Assembly (NCBI RefSeq): GCF_001306055.1
Contig: NZ_LGHJ01000027.1
Span: forward strand, 4,044-36,043
Origin: Bellilinea caldifistulae
GTDB taxonomy: Bacteria > Chloroflexota > Anaerolineae > Anaerolineales > Anaerolineaceae
DNA: 32,000 nucleotides
Direction of reading: 5' to 3'
The notes under the pieces are model-generated. The model did no database searches and had not been told where the DNA came from. It saw nothing but the letters and a program-made list of their open reading frames with translations. Position numbers and translations under genes: made by a program. How positions within the stretch are numbered: position 1 is the first letter of the stretch; every line of letters begins with the position of its first letter. Below are positions 23,870 to 31,858 of this stretch, piece by piece.

Positions 23870-25435
23870 ATGGAAAGCACACCCCTGCTGCAATTGACCA
23901 ATATTTACAAATCTTTTGGTGGCGTAAAAGCTCTCTCCGGTGTGAGCCTGACCGCTAACAGCGGTGAAGTCCATGCAGTTGTTGGAGAGAATGGTGCAGG
24001 AAAATCAACTTTGATGAAAATTATTTCTGGGGCTCTCCGTCCCGATTCCGGTCAAATTGTGTGGAATGGTACCGAATACACATTTCAAGAACCCAGGGAT
24101 GCATCGAAACTGGGAATAGCCATCGTTTATCAAGAACCTTTGTATTTCAACGATTTATCGGTGGTAGAAAACCTGTTTCTGGGAGAAGAAATCAAAAGAC
24201 CGAATGGCACGTTGGACTGGAAAAGTATGACCGAACAGGGAGTGGATGCGCTCAGCCGCATCGGTCTCCCCCCTGAAATCATTCGAAAGCCAATGAGCGA
24301 GCTTTCCTTAGGAGTGAAGCAGCTGGTTCTAATCGCCAGAGCAGTTCAGCGAAATGCTCGATTATTAATACTCGATGAACCAACCGCAATCTTAAGCCAA
24401 CGCGAAACAGAGGTTTTATTTCAAACCATTCACACCTTGAAAGAAAATAACGTATCAATTTTATATATCTCCCACCGACTAGCGGAAATATTTGAGATTG
24501 CGGATTACGTTACCGTTTTGCGGGACGGTCATGTTGTAATGGATTCAAAAGTCACCGATACGAATGAAAATGATTTGATCAATGCCATGACTGGCCGCAA
24601 AATTTCAACAGAAATCTACATACCAAGAAATTTTCAACAACAGGATCCCTTGCTATCTGTCCATAACTTAACTTGTGATGGCTATTACAGCAACATCAGT
24701 TTTTCTATTAAGCCCAAACAAATACTCGCCTTTTATGGCCTGGTTGGAGCCGGTCGCTCTGAGGTTGCCAGAACCATCATTGGGGAAATGCAAGCCGATT
24801 TCGGAGAAATTATTTACCAGGGCCGTCCGATCAGGCCAAGGAGTAGTCGCGAGTCCATCGGTCTGGGCATTGTCTACTTGCCAGAGGATCGAAGATCACA
24901 AGGGCTTTTCTTCATTCGCTCCATTAAAGACAACATAAGTGCTTCTATTTTGCAAAATATTTCTTCCAGGATTGGAAAGATAAATTCAAATCTTGAAAAT
25001 TCAGTTGTATCCCAAATTTTCCAAAAGCTGGCTATAAAAGCACCAACTATAGAGATACCCGTATCGAGTCTCAGCGGTGGAAATCAACAAAAAGTTGTTT
25101 TGGGACGAAATCTTACCCTCAAACCGAAATTATTAATTCTGGACGAACCAACCCACGGTATTGATGTGGGTACAAAAAACGAAATCCACAAACTAATTTT
25201 TGAATTGGCTAATCAAGAAATTGCCATTATTTTGATTACCTCCGACCTGCCGGAAGCATTAGCCATTGCAGATACTTTCGTGGTTATGCATGAAGGTCGT
25301 CTGATGGGAATTTTAGATAGACAGGAAGCCAACGAAGAATTAATCCTCCGGCTTGCATTGGGTATCAACGGAAATAACAGGAGACAAGATGAACACCTTA
25401 TCCTCAGAGCCCCCCTCCAAACCCACAATGAATGA
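23870..25435 (+). CDS. sugar ABC transporter ATP-binding protein with two fused NBDs (RbsA-like)
   Basis: First NBD: GENGAGKST, LSLGVKQ, LLILDEPT. Second NBD: GLVGAGRSE, LSGGNQQK, LLILDEPTHGID. Confidence 0.9.
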   Translation: MESTPLLQLTNIYKSFGGVKALSGVSLTANSGEVHAVVGENGAGKSTLMKIISGALRPDSGQIVWNGTEYTFQEPRDASKLGIAIVYQEPLYFNDLSVVENLFLGEEIKRPNGTLDWKSMTEQGVDALSRIGLPPEIIRKPMSELSLGVKQLVLIARAVQRNARLLILDEPTAILSQRETEVLFQTIHTLKENNVSILYISHRLAEIFEIADYVTVLRDGHVVMDSKVTDTNENDLINAMTGRKISTEIYIPRNFQQQDPLLSVHNLTCDGYYSNISFSIKPKQILAFYGLVGAGRSEVARTIIGEMQADFGEIIYQGRPIRPRSSRESIGLGIVYLPEDRRSQGLFFIRSIKDNISASILQNISSRIGKINSNLENSVVSQIFQKLAIKAPTIEIPVSSLSGGNQQKVVLGRNLTLKPKLLILDEPTHGIDVGTKNEIHKLIFELANQEIAIILITSDLPEALAIADTFVVMHEGRLMGILDRQEANEELILRLALGINGNNRRQDEHLILRAPLQTHNE

Positions 25436-26744
25436 TATTTCCCAAGTTTTTTCATGGATTGATAACCATCGGGAAGAAGTTATTGACTTATTGCAAAGGC
25501 TGGTTCGAGTTCCCAGTGTCAATCCTTGGTTTCTGGAAGAGCCGGGACAAAGGTACGAGGAACAGGTACAAGATTTGATTGCCGAAGAATTAAGATTTTT
25601 CGGAGCTGTGATTGACCGGTGGCAACCAGATCCTCAAGATCTTTCTAAATATCAGGGCAAACCGGGTTATTACCCAGACCATAAATTTAACGGAAGACCC
25701 AATCAGGCAGGTCTCATAAGAGGAGTGGGTAAAGGCAAATCAATTTTGCTAACGGGCCATGTGGATGTGGTTAAAGCCGGTTCGGATTGGAGCGTTGATC
25801 CATTTAGTGCCGTTCGTAAAGACGGAAAGGTTATTGGGCGAGGGGTGGTGGATATGAAAGGCGGAATAACCGCTATGATTTCTGCTATCAAGGCAATTTA
25901 CTCCGTGGGTTTCAAGAACGCTGGAGATATTTGTATCGGTACGGTTGTTGATGAAGAAGCAGGAGGAATGGGCACATTAGCCTTTGTAGACCGCGGTTAC
26001 AGAGCCGATGGTTGCATTCTCACAGAGCCGACCGATTTGACCATTGCCCCCCTCTGCAGAGGTATATTGTGGGGAAAGCTCACCATAAAAGGCCGCAGTG
26101 GTCATATCGAATTACCTCAGTCAGATTGGCGTAATGGGGGAGCCGTTGATGCTATCCGCCTTTCCCGTTATTTTCTTGACCAGTTTGATGTTTTGAATGC
26201 AGATTGGGCTAACCGGAAAACTCATCCACTGTTACCCATGCCCTGTCAGGTATATGTCGCCCAACTCAATGCAGGCGATTATCCAACCACTTTCGCCGGT
26301 CAAGCAGAGCTTGTTTTCAATGCCCAATATCTGCCCGCCGAAAGAGACCATAACTTCCTTGGCGGAAAAGTAAAGAAGGAGATTGAAGATTTCATCACTA
26401 GCGTATCTCAAAAAGATGAGTGGTTGATCCACAATCCGCCAAAAGTTGAATGGCTAATTGATGCTGATTGTGCCGAGACACCCATCAATCATCCTTTTGT
26501 GGAGACATGTAAGGCTTCCCTCTTGCAGGTTACGGATAAGGCAGTAATCGAGGGTATTGGTAGTCACACGGATATGGGTTGGTTTGTAAATGTCGGTATT
26601 CCAACCATAAATTTCGGTCCCGGAAAGCCTTCTGTTGCCCACCAAAGCGACGAATCTCTTAACGAAGAAGATCTTATTATCGCCACCAAAGTTCTGGCTG
26701 TCATTGTTATGAATTGGTGCGGCATAACAAAATTATCCCAATGA
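25389..26744 (+). CDS. M20-family metallo-amidohydrolase (ArgE/DapE/ACY1-like)
   Basis: LLTGHVDVV, GRGVVDMKGG, VVDEEAGGMG and GRSGH are typical M20 metal-binding and catalytic motifs. I chose the ATG at 25389, which is preceded by AGGAGA. It overlaps the end of the ATPase gene. Confidence 0.8.
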   Translation: MNTLSSEPPSKPTMNDISQVFSWIDNHREEVIDLLQRLVRVPSVNPWFLEEPGQRYEEQVQDLIAEELRFFGAVIDRWQPDPQDLSKYQGKPGYYPDHKFNGRPNQAGLIRGVGKGKSILLTGHVDVVKAGSDWSVDPFSAVRKDGKVIGRGVVDMKGGITAMISAIKAIYSVGFKNAGDICIGTVVDEEAGGMGTLAFVDRGYRADGCILTEPTDLTIAPLCRGILWGKLTIKGRSGHIELPQSDWRNGGAVDAIRLSRYFLDQFDVLNADWANRKTHPLLPMPCQVYVAQLNAGDYPTTFAGQAELVFNAQYLPAERDHNFLGGKVKKEIEDFITSVSQKDEWLIHNPPKVEWLIDADCAETPINHPFVETCKASLLQVTDKAVIEGIGSHTDMGWFVNVGIPTINFGPGKPSVAHQSDESLNEEDLIIATKVLAVIVMNWCGITKLSQ

Positions 26745-27757
26745 GAAATAGGAGTGGTCCGGTGAAAACTTTCATTCCTGGATTGAGTCGTCGGGACTTG
26801 TTCACAATTGGTTTGGTGATTCTTGAGGTTGTAATATTTTCCATAGTTTCAGAAAATTTTCTCAACAGTTCTAACCTCCGATCCGTGCTCCGTAATGCGA
26901 CGGAGTTGTCATTGGTAAGCATTGGCATGACGATTGTTATATTAATGGGAGGGATCGATATTTCGGTTGGTTCCGCCTTGGGTGTTGTAGCAATTATTGT
27001 TGGCTGGTTAATACAAGCGGAAGTTCATCCGCTGATCATTGGCCTTGTTGCTATTCTCGTTGGTACCACCATTGGTTTTGTCAACGGCTCTTTGATTACC
27101 TTCGGCAGAATACCAGACATTATCGCAACACTGGGAATGTCAAATATCCTCCGAGCGGCTGTTTTCGGTATGCTTGGTGGCCGGTGGATAACCGGTCTCC
27201 CCCCTGTGTTTAGTCCTTTGGTACAGGGACAATATTTTGGAATACCCGCTTCAATTTTTGTAATTTTCATATTTTATTTTGTTTTTTGGGCTCTTTTGAC
27301 ATTTTTACCAATTGGCAGGCATATTTACGCAACAGGTAACAATGTGGAAGCAGCCAAGCTTTCGGGTATAGATGTAAGGAAAACAAGAATTGTTGGTTAC
27401 ATGCTGCTTGGTTCTCTAGTGGGTTTTTCCTCGTTACTTTATGTGGGCAGGCTAGGAAGCGTTGAAATTACTGTTGGCATTGATTTACCAATCTCTGCAA
27501 TTGCTGCAGTCGTCATTGGGGGAGCTTCGGTGTTTGGTGGACGCGGTTCGATTGTTGGAACCCTGGCTGGTGTCTTTTTCATGGCATTCATGAAAAATGG
27601 CCTGTTGTTGTTGGGTATTCCTTCTTTATGGGAACGTGCAGTGATCGGATTTTTGATCATTTTCTCGGTTGGCATTGATTTGCTAATTAACAAGCATCAG
27701 GCTATTGCAAAATTCCTTCACCTCAAAACGAGACAATCGCGTGTAGGAGAGGCATAA
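26741..27757 (+). CDS. sugar ABC transporter permease (RbsC/BPD_transp_2-like)
   Basis: Multi-pass hydrophobic protein with GGIDISVGS and ATGNNVEAAKLSGI motifs. The ATG at 26741 overlaps the M20 stop (ATGA), suggesting translational coupling. Confidence 0.85.
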   Translation: MRNRSGPVKTFIPGLSRRDLFTIGLVILEVVIFSIVSENFLNSSNLRSVLRNATELSLVSIGMTIVILMGGIDISVGSALGVVAIIVGWLIQAEVHPLIIGLVAILVGTTIGFVNGSLITFGRIPDIIATLGMSNILRAAVFGMLGGRWITGLPPVFSPLVQGQYFGIPASIFVIFIFYFVFWALLTFLPIGRHIYATGNNVEAAKLSGIDVRKTRIVGYMLLGSLVGFSSLLYVGRLGSVEITVGIDLPISAIAAVVIGGASVFGGRGSIVGTLAGVFFMAFMKNGLLLLGIPSLWERAVIGFLIIFSVGIDLLINKHQAIAKFLHLKTRQSRVGEA

Positions 27758-27761
27758 GATC

Positions 27762-28754
27762 ATGATAGAAAGGTTTTTTAAGCAGTCTTTACCTGCCCTA
27801 TTAAGCAATCGAGTTTATTTTTTGATTGCCTTATTGATCATCGTACTGATTTTCCTTTCCCTAATCAGTCCGTATTTTCTCAACACCAGAACAATTCTCG
27901 ATATCTTACGAATGGGAACTGTGCTGCTCTTGCTTTCAATTGGTCAAACCCTAGTCATTCTTGCAGGTGGAGCAGGTATTGATCTCTCTGTGGGAGCAAT
28001 GTTAAGTCTTTCAGGAGTATTCCTGGGAATCCTCTCACGCACGGGGGTTGACATATGGGTTGCAGCCTTACTGACCATCCTGTTTGGAGGTTTACTTGGT
28101 TCGATAAATGGTTTTACGGTAGCAATTTGGGGCCTTCCTCCGTTAATTGGCACCCTTGGATCAATGTGGGCTTTCGGTGCTTTAGCCCTGGTTATCACGA
28201 ACGGTGTTCCAATCTCTAATTTTCCAAGAGAATTTGCTTTCATAGGGGATGGAAGAATTTTAGGTATACCAACACAAATTTTGTTAGTTGCATTACCTGT
28301 TTTTGTAATCATTTATTTCTTTTTGAATTGGTCATTTCTTGGCCGCTGGGTTTACCTGATTGGCGTAAATGAAACTGCGGCTAAATTTTCTGGCATTCCT
28401 GTCACCAGAGTACGATTTTCTCTTTATACACTCAATGGGATATTAGCGGGTATTGGAGCCGTCGTAATGGCATCGTGGTTGATGGCAGCCAGACCAGATG
28501 TTGGAAGCGGAATGGAACTCCAATCGATCACTGTAACTGTACTGGGTGGTACCAATATATTTGGTGGGTTTGGTAGTCTGTTGGGCACTTTATTGGCGGT
28601 GTTAATCGTGACACTTGTAGCATCTGGACTTCAATTGGCTGGGATAAATGCCATTTGGCAATTAGCCGTGCTGGGTTTTATTCTGCTCGGCGCAGTATCA
28701 ATTAACCAGCTAATATATTCTCTAAAAGCCAAGCAGTCTGGATTGTCCGCATGA
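27762..28754 (+). CDS. sugar ABC transporter permease (second RbsC-like subunit)
   Basis: GGAGIDLSVGA and GVNETAAKFSGI motifs. GGAGAGG SD upstream. Confidence 0.88.
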   Translation: MIERFFKQSLPALLSNRVYFLIALLIIVLIFLSLISPYFLNTRTILDILRMGTVLLLLSIGQTLVILAGGAGIDLSVGAMLSLSGVFLGILSRTGVDIWVAALLTILFGGLLGSINGFTVAIWGLPPLIGTLGSMWAFGALALVITNGVPISNFPREFAFIGDGRILGIPTQILLVALPVFVIIYFFLNWSFLGRWVYLIGVNETAAKFSGIPVTRVRFSLYTLNGILAGIGAVVMASWLMAARPDVGSGMELQSITVTVLGGTNIFGGFGSLLGTLLAVLIVTLVASGLQLAGINAIWQLAVLGFILLGAVSINQLIYSLKAKQSGLSA

Positions 28755-28777
28755 ATGTACTAAAAAAGGAGGTAAAA

Positions 28778-29545
28778 ATGAACGATAAGATCCGGGTGTT
28801 ACTTGCTGGAGAATCATGGGTTTCAAGCAGCACTCATTACAAAGGCTGGGACTTCTTTTCCAGTACCGTTTACGAAGTTGGAATTCAATACCTCAAGGAG
28901 TCACTCGAAGGTACAAATATTGAATTAATTCACCTACCCGGTCATCTTGTTGCAGATCATTTTCCTTCAACTCTTGATGAATTGAATTCATACCACGTCT
29001 TAATTTTCAGTGATATCGGTGCAAACACCTTGCTTTTACCTTCTGACGTGTGGCTCAGAGGGAAAAGATCAATCAATCGGTTGCAGCTAATAAAAGAGTG
29101 GGTTTCGCAGGGGGGTGGTTTTGCAATGTGTGGTGGATATTATTCCTTTGCCGGTATTTACGCCAGTGCAAAATATTACCGAACCCCAATTGAAGAAATC
29201 TTACCTGTTAATATTCTCACTTTCGATGATCGAGTTGAGTGTCCTCAGGGAACTAATCCGGTCATTGTTGACTCCACCCATTCAATAGTCAAGAATATTC
29301 CAGAACCCTGGCCTTATTTATTGGGGTATAACGATCTATCATTGAAACCAGACTCCCATCTAATTGCAATGGTCGAGGATAAACCTCTCCTTGCAATTTC
29401 AAGATATGGAAAAGGAAGAACATTGGCATGGGCTTCTGACATAGGACCTCATTGGTGTCCAGAGGAATTTGTAAAATGGGAAGGTTATCGTTTGCTTTGG
29501 AAGCAAATTATTACATGGCTAACAAAAGGAGAAACTAATGAATAA
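28778..29545 (+). CDS. cytoplasmic class I glutamine-amidotransferase-like fold protein of unknown function
   Basis: Starts IRVLLAGESW..., has the nucleophile-elbow-like GGGFAMCGG, and ends ..GKGRTLAWASDIGPHW. I chose the ATG at 28778, preceded by AGGAGG at 6-nt spacing. The family call is tentative. Confidence 0.6.
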   Translation: MNDKIRVLLAGESWVSSSTHYKGWDFFSSTVYEVGIQYLKESLEGTNIELIHLPGHLVADHFPSTLDELNSYHVLIFSDIGANTLLLPSDVWLRGKRSINRLQLIKEWVSQGGGFAMCGGYYSFAGIYASAKYYRTPIEEILPVNILTFDDRVECPQGTNPVIVDSTHSIVKNIPEPWPYLLGYNDLSLKPDSHLIAMVEDKPLLAISRYGKGRTLAWASDIGPHWCPEEFVKWEGYRLLWKQIITWLTKGETNE

Positions 29546-30590
29546 AGAATTTTTATTCAATCATATTCTTGGTGGTCTTGCTGGAGCCTTAATAGGCGAT
29601 GCAATGGGTAGTGCCACCGAAACCTTGACGCTTGAAGAGATAAATTCACGTTTTGGTGGAAGAGTTACCGACTTTTATAGTCCTGGTGAAGGGACTTTTG
29701 CCTCAGGGAGAAAAGCGGGTCAAATCACGGATGACACCTCCCAAATGTTGAAAATAATTCATGCAATCATCGAAAATAATGGAAAAATCTCAGTTGAACT
29801 GGTTTCCAATCAACTTCTGGAATGGGCAAAACAAGATGAATTGTTTAGCCGATTTGCTGGACCAACAACTAAAAAGGCAATTGAGCTACTTAGAGCTGGT
29901 CATGATCCCTATAAGACTGGCATTGCAGAAAAAATGGGTATGGGAATTTCCAACGGTGCGGCGATGAAAATTGCCCCTGCTGGCTGGCTCAACCCCGGTG
30001 ATTTAGACAAAGCCGTTGAAGATGCGGTCATTTTGTGTATTCCCACCCACAATGCTGATGTGGCTTTTGCAGGTGCCGGTGCAGTCGCTGCTGCAATTGC
30101 TGAAAGTTTGAAACCGAATTCAAATATTCTCACCGTTCTTGATGCTTCGGTTTATGGTGCAAAGAAAGGCTACGAAATTGGAAAGAAACAATCAATTGTA
30201 TTAAGAAGCCCCTCGATGGTCTCAAGAATCACTCTGGCTGCTGAAATTGCGATTAGTAACGAAGATTTTTTTACTGCCTGTGAGAAACTCGCCAGTGTGA
30301 TTGGTTGCGGTTTGCCTCTAATTGAAGCAGTGCCGTTTGCTATCGGAGTTTTTTTAGCTTCAAGGGGAGATCCAAACCTTGCCATTATTGGCTCTGTCAA
30401 CATGGGCGGAGACGCTGACACTACCTCAACGATCACTGGAGCGATTACGGGAACTTTTGCTGGCATAGCAAAATTCAACCCTGAAACTTATCGAAAAGTT
30501 GTCAAGGCAAACGACTTTGATCCAGAAAAGATCGCAAGCGACCTGGCCGAAATTGCTTTGAGAAAAGAGGTCAAAATTCATTTGGATTGA
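29538..30590 (+). CDS. ADP-ribosylglycohydrolase-family (DraG/ARH-like) hydrolase
   Basis: LAGALIGDAMGSATE, GQITDDTSQML and GGDADTTSTITGAITG are the family metal-binding motifs. AGGAGA SD upstream. Confidence 0.85.
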   Translation: MNKEFLFNHILGGLAGALIGDAMGSATETLTLEEINSRFGGRVTDFYSPGEGTFASGRKAGQITDDTSQMLKIIHAIIENNGKISVELVSNQLLEWAKQDELFSRFAGPTTKKAIELLRAGHDPYKTGIAEKMGMGISNGAAMKIAPAGWLNPGDLDKAVEDAVILCIPTHNADVAFAGAGAVAAAIAESLKPNSNILTVLDASVYGAKKGYEIGKKQSIVLRSPSMVSRITLAAEIAISNEDFFTACEKLASVIGCGLPLIEAVPFAIGVFLASRGDPNLAIIGSVNMGGDADTTSTITGAITGTFAGIAKFNPETYRKVVKANDFDPEKIASDLAEIALRKEVKIHLD

Positions 30591-30848
30591 AGTAAAAGTA
30601 CAATGCCAGGTATTTGCAAGATTGGCGTTACTCCATTGCTTGTGCTTTGCATGATAAGAAGATTCCCTATTCTAACATCTTCGAATTTTATACCGCTCAT
30701 TCAAGTTAAAGGGTCATTTGCCAGTAAAAACTCTTTTCTTCATAGGGATAAACATCCCAAGGGAGAGGTTGAAGAAATAATCAGGCGTATAAAACTCGTT
30801 AGTCTGCCTTTCGATTATACCCATGGGATTACCATCCTTTTATGCAAC

Positions 30849-30872
30849 GAGCCGGACTGGGTAGTCCGGCTC
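30849..30872. other. perfect 10-bp hairpin at the G+C-composition boundary
   Basis: GAGCCGGACT-GGGT-AGTCCGGCTC. There is no T/A tract on either side, so this is not a classical terminator. Confidence 0.35.
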
Positions 30873-30949
30873 AATTCCCGCAGGGGTTAGCCCGCATAGG
30901 CGGATTGCAGGCTGAGGAACGCCCGCGCCATGCGCTGCAAGTGGATGCC

Positions 30950-31279
30950 TTAGGGCTTTCCTTGTGGGTCATAGCCCTTGCCATCCGTGTTTGCAGCCCA
31001 GCGCACCCATTCCTGCCCGGCGGGGCCAGACTTCCACACTTCGGCAATCGTTTTGTCTTTCATCTTGCCAAAGTGGATGATGGTCTGACCCGGATCGGCC
31101 AGTTCCACTTCCCGTACACATCCCTCCGGATAGAGGGACGCCTGTTCATACTGCCCTGCCAAACCCGCCCTGCCGGAGTTACACCAGCGGGACTGCGAGG
31201 GCGGTTTGGCAAAGATTTGTTTTTGAAGGTACTGCGCCCCTTCGGGCAGGTCAGTCCTGCGGGATTTACACCCACACAC
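30950..31279 (-). CDS. hypothetical protein (start uncertain)
   Basis: 109-codon ORF with a GTG start and no obvious SD. The C-terminal IIHFGKMKDKTIAEVW...WVRW resembles the FGKxKGKT..W motif of small phage-associated proteins. It lies in the GC-rich insert, where spurious ORFs are common. Confidence 0.35.
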   Translation of the reverse strand: MCGCKSRRTDLPEGAQYLQKQIFAKPPSQSRWCNSGRAGLAGQYEQASLYPEGCVREVELADPGQTIIHFGKMKDKTIAEVWKSGPAGQEWVRWAANTDGKGYDPQGKP

Positions 31280-31303
31280 GGCGCTCTGCGGAGCGGTAAA
31301 TTT

Positions 31304-31330
31304 GGAGAGGGGCTTTGTAAGCCGCTCTCC
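31304..31330 (-). repeat. hairpin motif copy 1
   Basis: + strand reads GGAGAG-G-GGC-TTTGTAA-GCC-G-CTCTCC. Located between the small ORF stop and the next ORF. Confidence 0.6.
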
Positions 31331-31344
31331 GGGGGGACGGGGAC

Positions 31345-31506
31345 TTACCGCCTGCGGGTCAAAAGCGTGATGATGACCTCGCGCTCATCCTTGTCTTTTG
31401 CCTGTTTTAGCATCCGAAGGATGAAGTATTTTTGCGCCAGGTCATACGCAATCAGCAACACGGCAAAGATGACCAGCAGGGGGATTGCTTGGAGCAGTTG
31501 GTTCAC
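31345..31506 (-). CDS. 53-aa small membrane peptide (one TM helix plus charged tail)
   Basis: GTG start at 31506 with GGAGGTG SD (31521-31515) at 8-nt spacing. Product: MNQLLQAIPLLVIFAVLLIAYDLAQKYFILRMLKQAKDKDEREVIITLLTRRR. The upstream part of the 164-aa track ORF is occupied by RNA hairpins. Confidence 0.5.
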   Translation of the reverse strand: MNQLLQAIPLLVIFAVLLIAYDLAQKYFILRMLKQAKDKDEREVIITLLTRRR

Positions 31507-31638
31507 ATTTGGCTCACCTCCTTTCGTTCCCCACGCCGAAGGGAGAGAGCAGCCCTCTCCCGCAGGAATGGAGAACGAAAGGGACTTGTCCCAGTGGACG
31601 CCGGTAAGCCGGTGAACCGCTCGCTTGTTAAAGTCCTG

Positions 31639-31661
31639 CCACGGGCTTTGTAAGCCGGTGG
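31639..31661 (-). repeat. hairpin motif copy 2
   Basis: + strand reads CCAC-G-GGC-TTTGTAA-GCC-G-GTGG. Confidence 0.6.
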
Positions 31662-31717
31662 AAAGTGGCTGTCCGGGAGTTGCACCCAGAAGGCGGCTTA
31701 TCCGCCAGCCGATAACC

Positions 31718-31758
31718 AAAAAACCCGTTGGCAAATGCTTTCGCATTCGTCCAACGGG
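31718..31758 (-). terminator. Rho-independent terminator
   Basis: The - strand reads CCCGTTGG-ACG-AATGC-GAAA-GCATT-TG-CCAACGGG followed by TTTTTT (A6 at 31718-31723 on the + strand). Confidence 0.65.
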
Positions 31759-31775
31759 CTTTGTTAGCCGGTTTG
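31751..31775 (-). repeat. hairpin motif copy 3 (overlaps the terminator 5' arm)
   Basis: + strand reads CCAAC-G-GGC-TTTGTTA-GCC-G-GTTTG, with one outer-stem mismatch. Positions 31751-31758 are shared with the terminator stem. Confidence 0.55.
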
Positions 31776-31799
31776 ACGCTTTGACGCTTTCAGTTAGGT

Positions 31800-31822
31800 G
31801 GAGGGGCTTTGTGAGCCGCTCC
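31800..31822 (-). repeat. hairpin motif copy 4 (at the predicted 5' end of the transcript)
   Basis: + strand reads GGAG-G-GGC-TTTGTGA-GCC-G-CTCC. Confidence 0.6.
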
Positions 31823-31829
31823 TGACCGT

Positions 31830-31858
31830 ATTCTAGCAAAAGAAAAGACAGAGTGCAA
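31830..31858 (-). promoter_or_regulatory. sigma70-type promoter with extended -10
   Basis: The - strand reads TTGCAC (31858-31853), a 17-nt spacer ending in TGC, and TAGAAT (31835-31830). Confidence 0.5.

Larger units (their letters stand above)
31716..31823 (-). ncRNA. candidate ~108-nt small RNA / attenuated leader transcript carrying hairpin copies 4 and 3
   Basis: Bounded by the promoter at 31858-31830 and the intrinsic terminator at 31758-31718. There is no ORF with an SD inside. Confidence 0.4.

Noticed and set aside
30842-31615. 257-aa + strand ORF spanning most of the GC-rich insert.
   Set aside because: It has no SD and its low-complexity Arg/Gly/Ala/Pro-rich composition is typical of an off-frame reading of GC-rich DNA. 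It also runs straight through the hairpin and SD elements that make sense on the - strand.
31507-31839. N-terminal 111 codons of the 164-aa - strand ORF (31345..31839).
   Set aside because: This part is occupied by the promoter-proximal hairpins, a terminator with a U6 tail and an SD-sequestering helix. A GTG with a good GGAGGTG SD at 31506 gives a coherent 53-aa membrane peptide instead.
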